Shown: piece after piece, positions 13,501 to 27,900 of the stretch
Numbering within the stretch: the stretch's first letter is position 1
Layout of the letters: each line of letters opens with the position of its first letter
DNA from: Rotaria socialis
Lineage: Eukaryota
DNA: 64,000 nucleotides
Assembly (NCBI GenBank): GCA_905331295.1
Contig: CAJNYD010000057.1
Coordinates: 1-64,000 of the forward strand
Direction: 5' to 3'
The notes under the pieces: generated by a model
The model's input: only the letters and a program-made list of their open reading frames with translations
Database searches by the model: none
Told to the model about the DNA's origin: nothing
Program-made: the position numbers and the translations under genes

Positions 13501-16500
13501 GAAGATTTTCTTGGTGGCATAAAGGTTGGTGTGATAATAAACAAGAATTTTCCATACGATTTTGTTTTCATGATATATTTATAGAATATACGTGAAATGA
13601 TTAATTATGCAGATCGCGATGTTCAATATCTTCGAGAACAAGCAATAATGCTTGAAAATCAAAATCATTTTCTTGAAAATGAATTTCATCGACAATTAGA
13701 TAAAATAGTTGTCGAAAAAAATGAACAAATAAGTCGATTAATTCATATTATTGATCAAACTTGTCCACCACCAATGGAATATACAGATCGCATTAGTGAT
13801 CTTACGCAATCATCAGGTAATAAACATTAAGAAATTTGACGGAAATGAAAATATTGAGTTCATAGATGAGAATGAATGAATAATACCATTATTTTGACCC
13901 ATCAAACACTAGTTCTAATAAAAACATGATATTCTAGGAAATCAAGATCTTGTTGCGCAAAAATTCATGCAACAAAATGTTGAATTACAACGTCAATTGG
14001 AAACTCTTCGTGCTAAACTTGAATATACATTTGCATTGCTCAATGAAAAATTAGACCAGAATGCGAATCCATCAACATCGGCAATAATTCAAAATGCTAT
14101 CGAACAAATGCGAAAATCCGATACAAAATTACAAGAACTTGAATTGAAATCTTTATCTCAACAAGAAGAAAATGATCTTCTTAGATATTTAGTAAGATTT
14201 TATTTTTCCGTAAACGCATAGAAAGAAAGCAGAGATAAATATTTCGAACCCATGAATTCTAGAGTACTAATACAAATCGAGAAGTAAGTCTAGGTGTAGA
14301 AGTCGTATTTATTTTTATTTTTTCAAATGCCAATTGCTCAGCAAAGAACAAAATACGATATAAAAATCGATAGTTCTCTGTTTGAGCAAAATTAGTTAAA
14401 AGAATAAAGCACTTTGTTTTTGTTTTTTTTCACCTGTTTTTTTTCCTTTCCTTTATGTTTAGATGGAGAGATCTCAATATGCACAAAATGTTGATATAAC
14501 ACAAATGTGTAGCGTTCTTGAGCAACGTTCACTCGAACGTGAAATCACTCGTGTTCATTATGAACTTGATTTAACGGAAAAGAAGCTAGTTGACCTTGAA
14601 CAAAGAGTAAGAAAATTAGTTTTTCTTCTTCTTAACTTCTTTGCAAACGACGGAATTTTAATTTCTTAGTTTGAAAATTCTGATGAAAGCGTTAAATTTA
14701 ATATTGAAGCACTGAAATTAAAATGTGATGTCTTACGGCAACATATTGCTACATGTAATCAACGATTAAGCGAAGCTCTGCAACAAACACCAATGGATTA
14801 TGCAGATGATACTCAAATGCCAAGGTATAAAGGGAACCAAAAAAAAAAGGATTAGAATATTTTTTATTGATTTTTGTTTTAATGTTAGTGATGAACGACA
14901 ATATCAAGATGCCGATGTAAGACAAAGAAATTAGTTTTAATAGGTTTGTTTTCAAAAAGAACTTCTATTTTGTTAGCAAAATGTTTCGCGACTTGAAAAT
15001 GAACTCTTAACATTACGTGAACGATACGATGATTTAGCTGAATACTCGAATACACTCAAACACGAATTGGATAATGCAAGAAGACAATTACATGAAGAAT
15101 ATGTTATAACAAAAGATACGGTAAAAAGATAGATGATTGCAAAAAAATGATGCATCAATTTGAAATTGTTTCAATTGAGTTTTCTTTTGCTTTATATTAG
15201 TTTATTAGCCAAAAATTTCTTAGATACTGTAACATTCACTAGAGCAGCGGTTCATTTTCAAACTATACGCATTGCTCATTCTAATTTACTCAGTAAGTCG
15301 TCTACCTGTTGTTACTCCGACAGAAATTTCCGCTAGATATCTGTTCGCGCGAAAAGATCCAATGAGGTCCGGACTCTTCATATTACTTCGAATAGAGAGA
15401 GCGACGCGAACTGTGTTCATACATTAAACATGAATTTTCTATGTTAAACGAAGAAAACCTTCAAATTCTATTTCAGTATCAGCCAGTTATGGATCTCAAT
15501 GATTCATCGGCTTTAGAGAATGAACGTCAACGATCGACTGAACTTGAAAGTGAGCTGATGTCACTTAAACTAAAGTACGAGGACGTCTGCAAGCGTGTTA
15601 CTGCTGCAACACTTCAACTTGAACGGGTAAAAGTTTTACTGGAGCAAACATTACATCGTTGTGAGCAACTTGAAAAAGAAAAGGTATGTATTTAATTTCT
15701 ATTTGTCTATATTTGTTTTTCATTCAATGTCTACTTTTGCGAACATATTATTCTATGACTCGACTAGTTCAGCTACGCAAGAAATTGGTATTACTATTAG
15801 TTTTACTTTCTTGGATTTTTCCGTATCACTAGAAAATTAGTTTTTCAAATTTATCTTTACTGTTTCTTTTTCTCTCGCACGATTGAACTAGTCCACATTG
15901 TATACTGTATATGTATATATATATATATATATTATTCTAGACGCGCTATCCACAATCGAAATCTAGTGTTTATTCTCACCTGTCACAGATCCATCATTAT
16001 TAATAGACGACCACACGCACATATATATATATATATATCTATTTACGTAATTGTTCACATTATTTACTATCGTTCGCACTCTTATTCATGTATATATACG
16101 CATAACTTGTCAAAAAATGAAATGTTCATATTTTTTGTTATTTTTCAAAAGAAAAAGTAGACAAGAATTTTACTTTTATTTTTCTCGAAAAAAGCTTTTA
16201 ACATATATTCTAATCGTAAGACTAAAAACAAATCATATATATTTTATTTTATTTTTATTTTTATTTGTAAAGAAAAAAGTCACATAAAGCTTCAAACTTT
16301 TTTTTTCGAATGCTCACTATTATTATTTATTTTTAATGCACTTTTCCATATACACACTAACGGACTATATTCAGCACGCTTGAATGCAAAATTTTCTTTA
16401 TATAGATCTATTTTATACATATATTCATTGGAATATTTTCTTGTTTTATTGAATTCATTTGTTTTGTGCTTTTCTTTCTAGTTGGAAATTAATGCACAAT

Positions 16501-18311
16501 CAGAATATCTCTCACAAAATGTTGCGAGTGTGACGGCGAAGTATAAAGATAAAGTGAATACAATTAAATCACGTCTGTAAGTATAATTTTTTCTATTAAA
16601 ATTTAAGTCAATCAAGATATTTTTAAAAGATGAAAATTATTCATAATATTGATCAGAAAATTTCAAGACTCATCTCATAATTCTATTTGAGCAATAGAAC
16701 TGATAAGTATGAACTCCAACGCTTATCATGTGTATTTAATCGATTTATTCAACCAACAGACTAATAGAATCATCCGTTTTCATTCAAGTTTTTATTAGAT
16801 CTCGTTCAATGATCGATAGTTTTTTTCTTGAGTATAAAAGAAGATTAGACACAATTGTCTTTAAATTGAGTTAAGAATAGATTATGAAACCAAAAGAAAA
16901 TTTGAAATCTCCGTTTAGAGAACAAACTGATCGTGATCGACGTGAAGCTCACATTCGTACTGAACAATTACAAAATGAAATTGAGCGACTTAAAAATGAA
17001 CTAACACATAAAAAAGAAGTGATTTATGAAAAGGATAAACTTATTCAAGATGCACAATATAAAAGTCGAGAAATACTTCTTGAACGACAAACAGTTGAAG
17101 ATCGAATATCAAATGAATACAAACGATTACATGAACTTGTTGATAAGTATGTGTCGTCAAAAACGTACTTTCTCAACGGATAATCCTTTTTTCTTCTTCG
17201 TTTAGAAATCGCTTTCTCGAAGATGAATTAGAACGTTTGCGACGTAGTCAGATACATGAAAACATTACTGTTCGACGGTAAAACTGAAAATCTTCATAGG
17301 ATCAATTTTAATCCAAAGTATTCTGTTGTTTTTCTCTTAGAACCGATGTTATCAATCTTGATGCTGGTACATCTGATTCATCCAATCGCCTGGAAGAATT
17401 ACGAACACGAGTATAAAATTTTGTTCTTAATCATGAATTCGTTCTTTTTTTTCTTCTTTGATTAGATCAATGATTTTGAAAGACGATTTGCAGCTGAAAA
17501 AGCTTGCAAAGAATCGTTACAAGTTCAAATTAAAATACTCGAAGAAGAAAATACTGATCTTCGAGATATAATGAACCAAATGCGAAAGAGATCACAAGAT
17601 GATCGACGGTAATTCTAATAAAACAAACGAGATGTGAAAGCTCTCCTAATCAACCGGAAATCCGGTGAAAATTTAAGCCACTAAAACGAATCTATTGCGG
17701 TCACTTTTATCAATTTTCATAGTATGGTGAACCTAAAAAACAGGAATGTAAATTATTTTTTCTATCCACCAGCTTTCTCGTTGCACAATGAGATCATCGG
17801 GTCACGCTAAAAGAATTCATTATGATCGCAAAAAGTCTAATACAAAGTCTTAAAGTACTTTTAACTGACTGTCAGAAGCTCGCATTCGCTGCGAATTTCT
17901 ACGAAAAATGAAAAAGGCTTTGTTGTAATAAATCTTTAAAATCAAGTCAAATAGAAGAATTTCAATATTATATTTTCTTCACAAATAGGATATTTAGAAT
18001 ATTCTGAATACTTCAGCTGAAAAGCAGAAAACGCTTTTTCGTAATGTAATCTTTCAGATATGTCTAAGGCGGATGAATCTGTTTTTAAGAGCCATGGGAA
18101 CTCAATAATATTTGCACTACTTTGAATAAATGTATTTTTCAAAAATCATTTTAGAACTGATCGTGATCGAAATGATGAAATTCAGCAATTGATTGCTCGT
18201 GCGGAATCGAACGCTCGTCAATATATGTCAAATTTTAATATATCAACAACATCGCCAACATCGACTTTAGTGAGGATAATTCCAGTGTCCTCACCAACAA
18301 AATTCTCATGA
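10501..18311 (+). CDS. Large multi-exon coiled-coil protein with an acidic poly-Asp N-terminus; family not recognised
   Basis: About 19 GT-AG exons with largely consistent phases (e.g. 12766-13077, 13336-13523, 13585-13816, 13938-14191, 14463-14607, 15477-15682, 16919-17146, 18154-18311). E/K/R/Q/L heptad-rich translation. Stop TGA at 18309-18311. Confidence 0.8.
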
Positions 18312-20067
18312 TAAATTAGGTCAATTTCTCGTTTACGCATTGTTGTGCAATTTTTATTAAAGACGATATCAAAGAGTTTAAATTTCTCGACAATATGAAA
18401 GACACTTTCTTGTGCGCTATTGTCGTACTTCCTTGAAACTCTTTCCTTCTTTCGTTTTTCGTTTTTCGTTTTCTCTCTTCTCAATGCTCAAACTATTTGA
18501 ATTTTTCTCTTTCGCGATTTTTGTGAAAAAACCTTCGATGCATTTTTATTTGTTATTATCTATTTATATAATTAGACTAGACATTAAACGACTGTGATAT
18601 GGAAAAGCTTTTAATAGATCTGCATTGATATTGATTCACCAAGGATCATATCAAAGCCAAACAAATTCAATATGACAAATGTTTCTTCTAGGGAATACGT
18701 GATCGAATGTAAAGAGCATATGTTTCTTTTTCCCGATATCATCACACATGGGAAATGACAGATCGATCAAGCACGTAAAAAGAACTAGAGAATTTTCTTT
18801 GTAGATAAATCGTATTGTCATAGTGTAAACATGTCAACATTCTAGACATATCATTTTCTCTGACTACATGATTTCGAGTGTATACCCATAAATCATTACA
18901 TCGAATCTATTGCTCTATGTTAATATATATATATATATATATGAGATCAAATGATGTTTATCAAGAAAGAAAAAAAAAAGTTCAATAGCGGTCACTTATT
19001 AATATTTCATAAAAGAAACATAAAACTCTATTTGATATTTAATGTATTCCAAAAAAAAAACAATTCATCAAGCAATATTCGCTGATATATTATTTTAACG
19101 GGCAATTTGAATTTTAAACAAAAAAATTCCTCAATTAAACACTAAATATGTTTAAATAATTCTATCAGTTGCAAATATAAAATTACCCATTACCATTAGC
19201 GCATAGTTTAGGTTTTTTTTCTTCGACTTACTTTGAAAACAAACGCAAATAATAACGGTAAGTTATATCATATCAATAGAAGGATTTCAATTGTATAGTT
19301 TATGATTTAATCGTCGTCTATTTTTTTATGCATTATATACGAACAAAAAAAAAATCCTTTTTAATCCATCGGAAAAAAACAGAAGAAAAGCGAATACAGC
19401 TTCTATGCATATACGCGTATAAATATATATATGAACATATACATATATATATATATATATCAACTAATCCTGTAAAGCCGAACAAAAAATGGCAACCATC
19501 AAGAATACAAAGTATGTGACTACTTTAGAGAAGTTGTTAGAAACAAAGACAAGAAGAACGAATATCGAAGTTAATTAAAGGAATGACAATATTAGTGAAT
19601 TTTATATGTTAAACAATGCAGTTGATCTTTCTCTTCTTGTTTTTCTGAAAAAAAACGAGAAAGAAACGCACTGATTGAACCGGACTTAGATCATATTTGT
19701 TTTAAATTATAGTCTAACGAGAAAGAAAGGAAGAAAATGAACCATCACGAGACACAAAAAAAAACTGACGGGATGACAAACGACGAAGAGCTTAAGAGAA
19801 AAGAGCCGTACAAATAGTGTGAGTATTTGAATACGCCATAGCGCAATGATGAGGAGAAAAAGCAAGAAATGACAAGCATGTATATACTCAACACACATCT
19901 GACAGCAAGAAAGAAGCAGAAAAATGGTAAAGATGGCACGCACAATATGATGATCATAATGTGAACAATAATAACAACAACATCAAAAAGAAAAACCACA
20001 CACGACTGCAATGTAATAATTGGTATTCCATCATTTATAGAAAAAGAAAGAAGAAGAAGAAAAAAAA

Positions 20068-21968
20068 CTAGAAACCGAGATCTCCTTCAATAGCATTGAC
20101 ATCGAGATCAATAGCTGCTGGATATTTGCTAGAATTTATCCTACTACTTCGTGTAGACACTCCACTGTTATTTATCCCTAATGAAGAACATGTTTGAGTA
20201 TATTCAGATAGGTTTTGTTGATTATTTGCTTCACCAGATCCAGCACTAAAACCCGAATCATACGACATATTTGACTCTTCAAAGTGAAGTACATGACCGG
20301 GAGGAACATCCGTGAAGTCGACCGGAGAATGAGCTGGAGAATCATAATCGCATCCGCTATCTTCATCGTCGCCTCCAATACAGTCTTGATCGGCACGTCT
20401 TGTCATCTATAGAAAAGAAGAAGAAGAAAAAAATGAACGGAAATAAAAGCAGAGTGCAACAGACAATCAGAGATGCCTCAATTTAGTCAGTAGTCCGATT
20501 CCATCAGTCAAATCGATTCTATACTAAATTTGACTGAGCGTACAAATTATTAGTTCTCAGGTCAAACAGTGCGCTGATGGGCTTATATATACATATATAG
20601 AATTTTAATTAAGTAAATAAAAAAAAGAAAAAGAAAGAAACCTAACACTTCAGACTTGTTCAACCAATCAGTCAAATATTAAAAATCATAGTCGATTTTT
20701 TCTTATTTGTTAAAAGAAGAAAAAAAAACAGGGAGAACGAGAAGTGAACAGGTGCGCTTGTCAATCTCATTTCGTATGCTGCTCAACAGAGCGCACATAC
20801 AAGCATACAACTCAATTTATTTCTATGCTTTTGCCTTTTTTATTGTATTCGCTTAGGGAGAGCAGAGAACGACGATGAAGAAAGAAAAGGGACGACAAAT
20901 CAATCGATCGAACAATTTTTTATTTCTTGATGGTCATTTCTCTTAACTTATTATGACAGTTACTCTTCAAGCATACCTTCTTTGGTGAATTGCCATCAAA
21001 GCTGTATGTCGATTGAGTCTAAAAAAAAAAAAGAATGAGACAAGAGAAATAACAAAATATGACAAATGATTCGAATCCGTTGCATATCTCAAGACATGAA
21101 ATGTCAGTATATCCATGATGCAATTGATCATTATTCTTATTCGAATCAAATAAATGAGAATAAAACGAAGAACGAACGACTAATGTGCTCGACTAGCACT
21201 TTTGAAAACAGCTGTCAAAATTCTTTCTCATATAGAACAAAAAAAGCCAAATAAATAAAACGATCTGTGTTATTATTGACAAAAGGACTGATGATGGACG
21301 CATACATATATAGAAAGAAATGAGCCTAGTTCACATTAACACTTGAAAGAAAAGCGATAACAAATAATAATATGTGATTTAATGAGTAAAATCAATCAGA
21401 TATTTGGTTGAAGAAGCAAAAGAAGAAAATAAATTACCTGTTTCATTTTGAGTAAATCTAAGTAAGGCCTATGATCGTCTTCGCTTGCTTTACGTTTACG
21501 AGTTGTACTCGAACGTGTTGATTGTTGAGAATTTATTGAGATTTTGTTATTATTATTATTATTGTTATTATTACTATTACTAGTTTTGCTTGATTCATCA
21601 CATACAAATGAATCAATTTTAACACCGGCCGATGCCGCAGCAGCACGAGTTAATGGCGGCACCGGTTTATGCTGTGGTGTGTCTAATGAAAGCTTTTCTG
21701 TAAACGATGGTATAACTTCAATTTGATTGTTCGAATTGCTCGTTTTCAATTTCGTACGTGACCGTAGATTATACGGAGTTTGTGATGAGTCTGATGACGG
21801 TGGACGCACAGCAACCGGTTTAATAACTTGAACATTTGTGGAAGTTAAATTATCTTTATTTGTATTAGACGTTGTACGTGTCGTTTGACGACGAGGTGAT
21901 GGAGTTTTTTTCATGAATTCATTTAATGTTGTGCTTGAACTTCGTGTTGTTGGATGATGTATATGCAT
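20068..21968 (-). CDS. FAM53-like intrinsically disordered protein; coding exons 21968-21438 and 20406-20068, about 289 aa
   Basis: Phase-0 intron joins ...RKRKASEDDHRPYLDLLKMKQ to MTRRAD...; C-terminus IDLDVNAIEGDLGF. Both resemble recalled FAM53 motifs (KRR...RPSLDFxKMxQ and ELDLxxIE). An acceptor directly precedes the ATG, so an upstream exon is possible. Confidence 0.65.
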
Positions 21969-22098
21969 CTGAAAAAACAAAACAAAGAAAAAGTTTCTTT
22001 TCTTTATTACTTTTTTTTAAGACAAAAACATTTCTGTAGGAAATAATTGTGTTGTTACTTCTGTTGTAGTTGAGGAGGAGTGAATGGCAATAGTGGTA

Positions 22099-22143
22099 GA
22101 CACACACACACACACACACACATAGAGAAAGAGAGAGAGAGAG
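22099..22143. repeat. (AC)n plus (AG)n microsatellite
   Basis: Directly visible dinucleotide runs. Confidence 0.9.
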
Positions 22144-24472
22144 AAAAGAAATAGGAGAAGAAAGAGAGAACGAGAGAAAAAAAGATGCTGCAGATTTTTC
22201 TATGTGCGCATGCTGACGTTCTGTATGTATGCCGTCATTGCACTGACCCGATATCAATTTCACAGAAGAGCGTGAACATATACACGCACACACGCAAGGA
22301 AAAGAGAAAACGAGAGAATCTCTTTCTCCTTTCTTTCTATTTTTTTGTCGTATTTGTATGATAATTTTTTACATATGCAGGTGAAGCACATCATCATTCG
22401 AAGCTTTTGATATATACATGGAGAAAGATGTGACTAATCCTCTTTGTAAAAGATATTTAACTAATAGAAAGAAAGAACAAGAGAGAGAGAGAATTCTCAA
22501 TCAGATTCGAATGTCATGGTCATTATTAAAGAAAAAAATAAAAAATCTTCTTCTACTTCCCTAAAGCTATATAGGATGTGCGTCGTTTCCTCTCATTCTT
22601 TTTTTTTTGTTAGAGAAAGAGAAAGATGATCGTTTCCGGCCAGATGGTAATGGATAAATGAATTGACTGATGAGAAACATGAACACATTAAAGTGAAAAG
22701 AAAATAAAAAATGATCAATTGACAAACAGACATGTTCAATCCACTGATTGTTATTTTCATCATTCGTATTTTTTTTTAACACCCACTCGTTAGTTGATAT
22801 TTTCCCCTATTTTTCTTCCCTAGCTTTCAAGTATATCACTTTTGACTTGTATCTAGTAAACTTACACAAATATAATAAATTATCGATTTTCGAAATGTCG
22901 TCGTTTTTGCCCCTTCTGTCTCACGTGCATATACATATATATATATATATATATATATGCACATTCTAGCTGCCCACCACCCTCTTCTTTTTTTTCTTCG
23001 TCGATAACTGTTACTTGCATGTTCTAATCAATTTGTCAAACAGTGCAAATGCCGATAGTCTCGTTTTCAGGATAACACACGCAAATATCTACCTTGCTGT
23101 TGATGTTGTTTTTCATGTGCGTATGTAATTTAAGTATTTTCAATGACTCCTGTTATTTATTGATAATGATTGTAAAATGATCGTCATCAGTCTTGCTCAA
23201 TATACATATTGACGATGATCAAGGACATAGATACCGTGTAATCAGCATAATCAAGAATCATTTTTTCATGTATAAACGAGTCCGTTTTTGGCTTTGCTTT
23301 TTTTTCACGAATGGAGATGTCGGCAACATTATTACTTTTATTGACAAAACAACTGATACACCATTCATAAAGTAATGCTACTTCTATCAAGAGGAAAAAT
23401 ATAACGGATAAGAATGAGAAGAAAGCAACCTGGTGCTTGCCAACTTGCTTTGTCCCCATTTTTATTGTATAATTAATGACTTTGACTAGATCAATGTGGT
23501 ATGAGTGATTGATATTCACATTTGTAATAGAATAATAACTAACCTTCGGTTATTATAGGCTGATTGTTTGTTATTATTGATCTTCGTAGATTCATTTATT
23601 TTATTGAGAAGCAAAAAAACTAAGGAAAGGGACCGTATCAAAGAGAGATCGTTGTCATTTGCGTTTATTTTTTGTTCGAGGGTAGTGCGTAGTAGATGGA
23701 TGAAAAATAAGAAGCAACTGAAGACGACAACGAAAAACGACGATGTTACTTGTGTGCATGCGAGCACAAACAGAACAGCTGAGCGGTGTGGCGGTTTGAG
23801 CAAGAGGAAAGCAAAAGAAAAAGTGCAGATCGATAAAGAAAAGAAAAAGAAAATGATGTTTCGTTCGCTATGCAATAAATAGATCTCGGTTTTTTTCTTC
23901 TTTGTTTCTGCGCTTTTTTTAAACATCGAAAGAAGACTATGAATAGCCACAAGAATATTATTTGTCAAACTAAATATATAAACAAACTCGTCATATTTTG
24001 CGTAGATTTTTATTCGAATGTAATATTGCGACGGATTAACTTTGACTTAGAATAAGACTTCATTAACACAAATCTCATCTAGACTTATTCAAATTAAAAT
24101 CTAATTCAGTCAATAAAGCAAAAATCTCTCAAGAAGAATAATATCGAAGAACGTCGATTGAAATTTTTCTGTTTATAAGTTTCCGAAAATGACAACTAGT
24201 AGAGAGAGATAATTGGCTTTGATTCAATAGACATTTTCTATGTGTTCTACTTTGCATTTCAGTACATGGTTATTATGAGGTGCTCACACATATACACTTG
24301 AATACCTACCTGGGGGGTCTGTTAAAGTAGACTATTATTTATATATATATATATATATTTCGCTATTGTTCATTCATCTCATCTCTGCGTGTTCATATTC
24401 TTTCTCATTAAACCTGCACGACAACACATTCCAAAATAAAAGAAAAGGATATTGAATCTGTCTCCCTTGTCA

Positions 24473-24500
24473 TCACACACACACACACACACACACACAC
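24473..24500. repeat. (AC)n microsatellite
   Basis: Directly visible dinucleotide run. Confidence 0.9.
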
Positions 24501-24920
24501 TACATACACTGTAATCGAAATGCAATCGGGCATTCATTTATTCACTTATTTTTTTTCTGTGCTGTTTACAATAGAATAAATATAAAGCAAAAAAGAAAAA
24601 TACAAACAAAATCTAGTAAGAAAAAGAAGAAAAACAGCCAAACACTTTCAATGTCATCGTTTAGCAAGAGCACCATATACTGGCTTATTATCGTGTTAGA
24701 TTTATCAGTAAAAGATTTGCGTTACTGCTGTGAACTATCACTTTTTACCAGACAGAAAATATAAGAAATAACATGCAGCACATACACATATCGAGAACCT
24801 AATTGATGGAACATAGCATGACAGATAAGCACTAATAGCAATAGTAACTCTATACGGTACAAAACGATTAGAACAATGACTAGAGAGAACAAGAAGAAGA
24901 AGAGAAAAAAAAGAAATCTC

Positions 24921-27900
24921 TCAACGAAATATCATCGGCCACTCTGTCACAGAAATATGTGTTCTGATATTTCCATCAAAAAGAAGATCAATCCAGTCAG
25001 AAAACGATAATGAGCCAGTTGTTGATGTTGTCGAATCAGTTGATGACGTGGACGATGAACGATAATTATGATTATCCATTCCAATGAAAGCACCTGTTTC
25101 ATCCGATAGCTCATCATGACCATTTTTATTTAATATCGGTCCATACGGTACAAAAAATTTTCGTCGTATATACAAAGCAAGTACAGTTGATGTAATAAAT
25201 TGACCTAACTGATGATTTTGATCATCTTCTATATTTGCTTTAAGTTCATTAAGCCATCGTGGTGAATAATTATGATAAAGAACAGCAAAGTTCATGCGAG
25301 AACTAAAGCAAAAATACATAATAGGAGCATTCTCTAAATTAACAAAAAGGTATTCGTTGACATAGATAGATACAAAACAAAGAACTAGCTATGCTTTTTC
25401 AATCATGTTTTACGTGGGTGATTCTATTTCAAGATTTTCTTTAATGGAAATGAGAAAAGAATATTACACCTGGATGTTATCAGGATTACTTGGTTGTATA
25501 AATTATTAAAATATTTTCTCGGATCATGTTATTTCGGTAACTTTGTTTTTTAAGATTAGAAACAAAAAAAAAATGAGGAATAAGAATAAGAAGACTTTTT
25601 CCATAGACTAATCATTTGAGTGAGTATATGTGACATCATTATTTATAGAATATGAAAGAAAATTGACATGTTCAGGGGACCGAAGTGAAAGAGATAAAAG
25701 ATTTAGCAGTCATTTTTTTTTCATACCAGAATTAATTAGAAAATTTAAGTTTTATGAATGACCGAGTCTATTTTTCTTTTTCCGACGTGTAATTGCTCAG
25801 TTGAAAATTTTCGAATCAGTTTTATTCAAAAACTCTAATTAATTCGTTTTCAGGCAGTTAATAAACATACTCGCTAATTAATCTAATTTGCCTATGAAAA
25901 TATTCCACGCATGAATCGTTGGGTGTTTCAGCAATAAGAAGTATTATGATTGCATTTGATGCATTTGGATCGGTATAAATTTGAAGAAATGATTCATCGA
26001 ATTCGTTTAATTTAGTTGCTTTTGTGGATTCTCGACTAGAAATAAAATTCATTAGCTTTATTTCATTTGTGTAGAAAACTTACTAAATTTCACTCGGTCT
26101 TCTATTCATTGTTGTTGTTGCTGCTGCTGAAGATGAAAAATATGATCTTCTCGGTTGTTTTAGATCATTTTGTACATTACTACTCGAATTTGTTTTTGCA
26201 TAGAAGAAATAAATAAGTATCGAAAGAAAAAATAACAGGAATTGATATGTAAAAACATAGACTGATCTATAAACAATAATCTTATAGTTTGTTAAAATCA
26301 TAATTAAATAACTTACAGAGATCGAACAATTGAATTTCTTTCAAACCAATAATTCCATTTATCTTGAATTAGATTAGTAATTATTATGAGAACATTCTTA
26401 CAAATGAAAGAAAATTACATATTAACATTACATAAAATGAAAAGCTTTCGTTTGATTTCTTACTTCATTTCTGTCGTCAAAATCAAAGATGGTTGGTAAT
26501 GTAAATTTTTTAATATTCTGCCAACGAATAGTTAAATATAATTTCAAATTAGCTTCAATATCAGCTGCCATATTGAAATTATTACGTTTGAATTCATTTA
26601 AAGATTTGCCATCAAATTCAATTTCGGTATTAACTAATTCAACAGTGTCGTCGAACCATCGACGAATGACAACGATCTTTTAATCGAACATAAAAATAGA
26701 TTGTTTTTATTTTAATTCAATAATGGACTTACAAGTAGTCTTTTATCATTTGGAGGATAAATCGGAGAGAAAATTTTACTAAAACTAATTTGTTGTGTTG
26801 CAGAAGAATCAAGATAGGCCATACGTAGTCCATGTTGTTCAAATAATTGTTTAGCAAGATATACAAATGATGATCGATATTGTTCGAAAAGATTTGGATC
26901 GCCAATGATTAAAAAGCAAGGCCTAGAAAGAAACGTAATTGTTGAGTGCAGAAATTGAGAGACTCAATGAGTGTTGAGAAAAAACAGCAACAGCAAATAC
27001 TTGAGAAAGAAAATACGATTAGTTTATCATAAGAATCTGAGAGTATTAGACGTCTACACGTATTCGTATATATCTTAATAATAAATGTACTTCAAGACAA
27101 TAGATCTCTTCAAATTCAGTTATAATTAGATATGTGAAGAAGAAGCTTTTGCTATATCTCGGATGTGTAAATGACTCATAATTCGAGGTGTGTATTTTTC
27201 TTGGCTTCTTTTTATTTATTTTTTCACTCCGAGTACCCTTATGAACGCCTTTCTTGTTTTTAATGCAACTTTTTCCTGTAAAAGCTACCAATAATTATCA
27301 GAATAATATTTTTTCAAACAAAATAAAATGTCTAACTTACTTTGCCGAATTTGTTTGACACACTAAATTGAATACATTTGAGCTTGTAATTGTCGGTAGA
27401 TGTAAAAGTTGATTTGATTCGAATAATTTTTGAACGTTCTCAAAAGTTAAATCATTCTTCAGAAGACACAAAAAAGGATTTAGATCAACATATTCATTTT
27501 ATTTCAATAACTTACATCTCTAATAACTGCTATTGGATTTTTATCTTCTTTAAAGAATAAAACTGTATCGGACAAAGTAGATATTGGCTTAAGAAAAGAT
27601 GGCAATTGACTAGTCATCATCACAGCTATTCAAAGAAAATATAAATAAAACTGTAATTTCTATGATTTTTACTTACATGAATTTAATAAAGCACATTGTA
27701 TTCGTGTTAACTGTTGTAAACAAGGTATCACAAATTTTAGCGTGGGTGCTTTTTGTTTAGTGATTAGAATTGCATAAACACGATTTGTTTTATTATATGA
27801 TGATATTAACGAGAGTATATCATCTGGAGTTTGTAACTGAAAAAAAGAAAAATATTTAAATACTAAAACTCTACCTATGTATTCTCTTACTATTTTGATA

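Noticed and set aside
13336..14191. JAKMIP assignment for the coiled-coil gene
   Set aside because: Only a weak resemblance (EENDLLRY) within generic coiled-coil sequence; not enough to name it.
23187..23968. Overlapping 100-150 aa ORFs on both strands
   Set aside because: Low-complexity purine/pyrimidine tracts with no consistent splice structure; more likely regulatory or UTR DNA of the FAM53-like gene.
24682..24690. GGCTTATTA, resembling the start of the bdelloid spliced leader as I recall it
   Set aside because: The match is only 9 nt with no following donor or Sm site; not an SL RNA gene.
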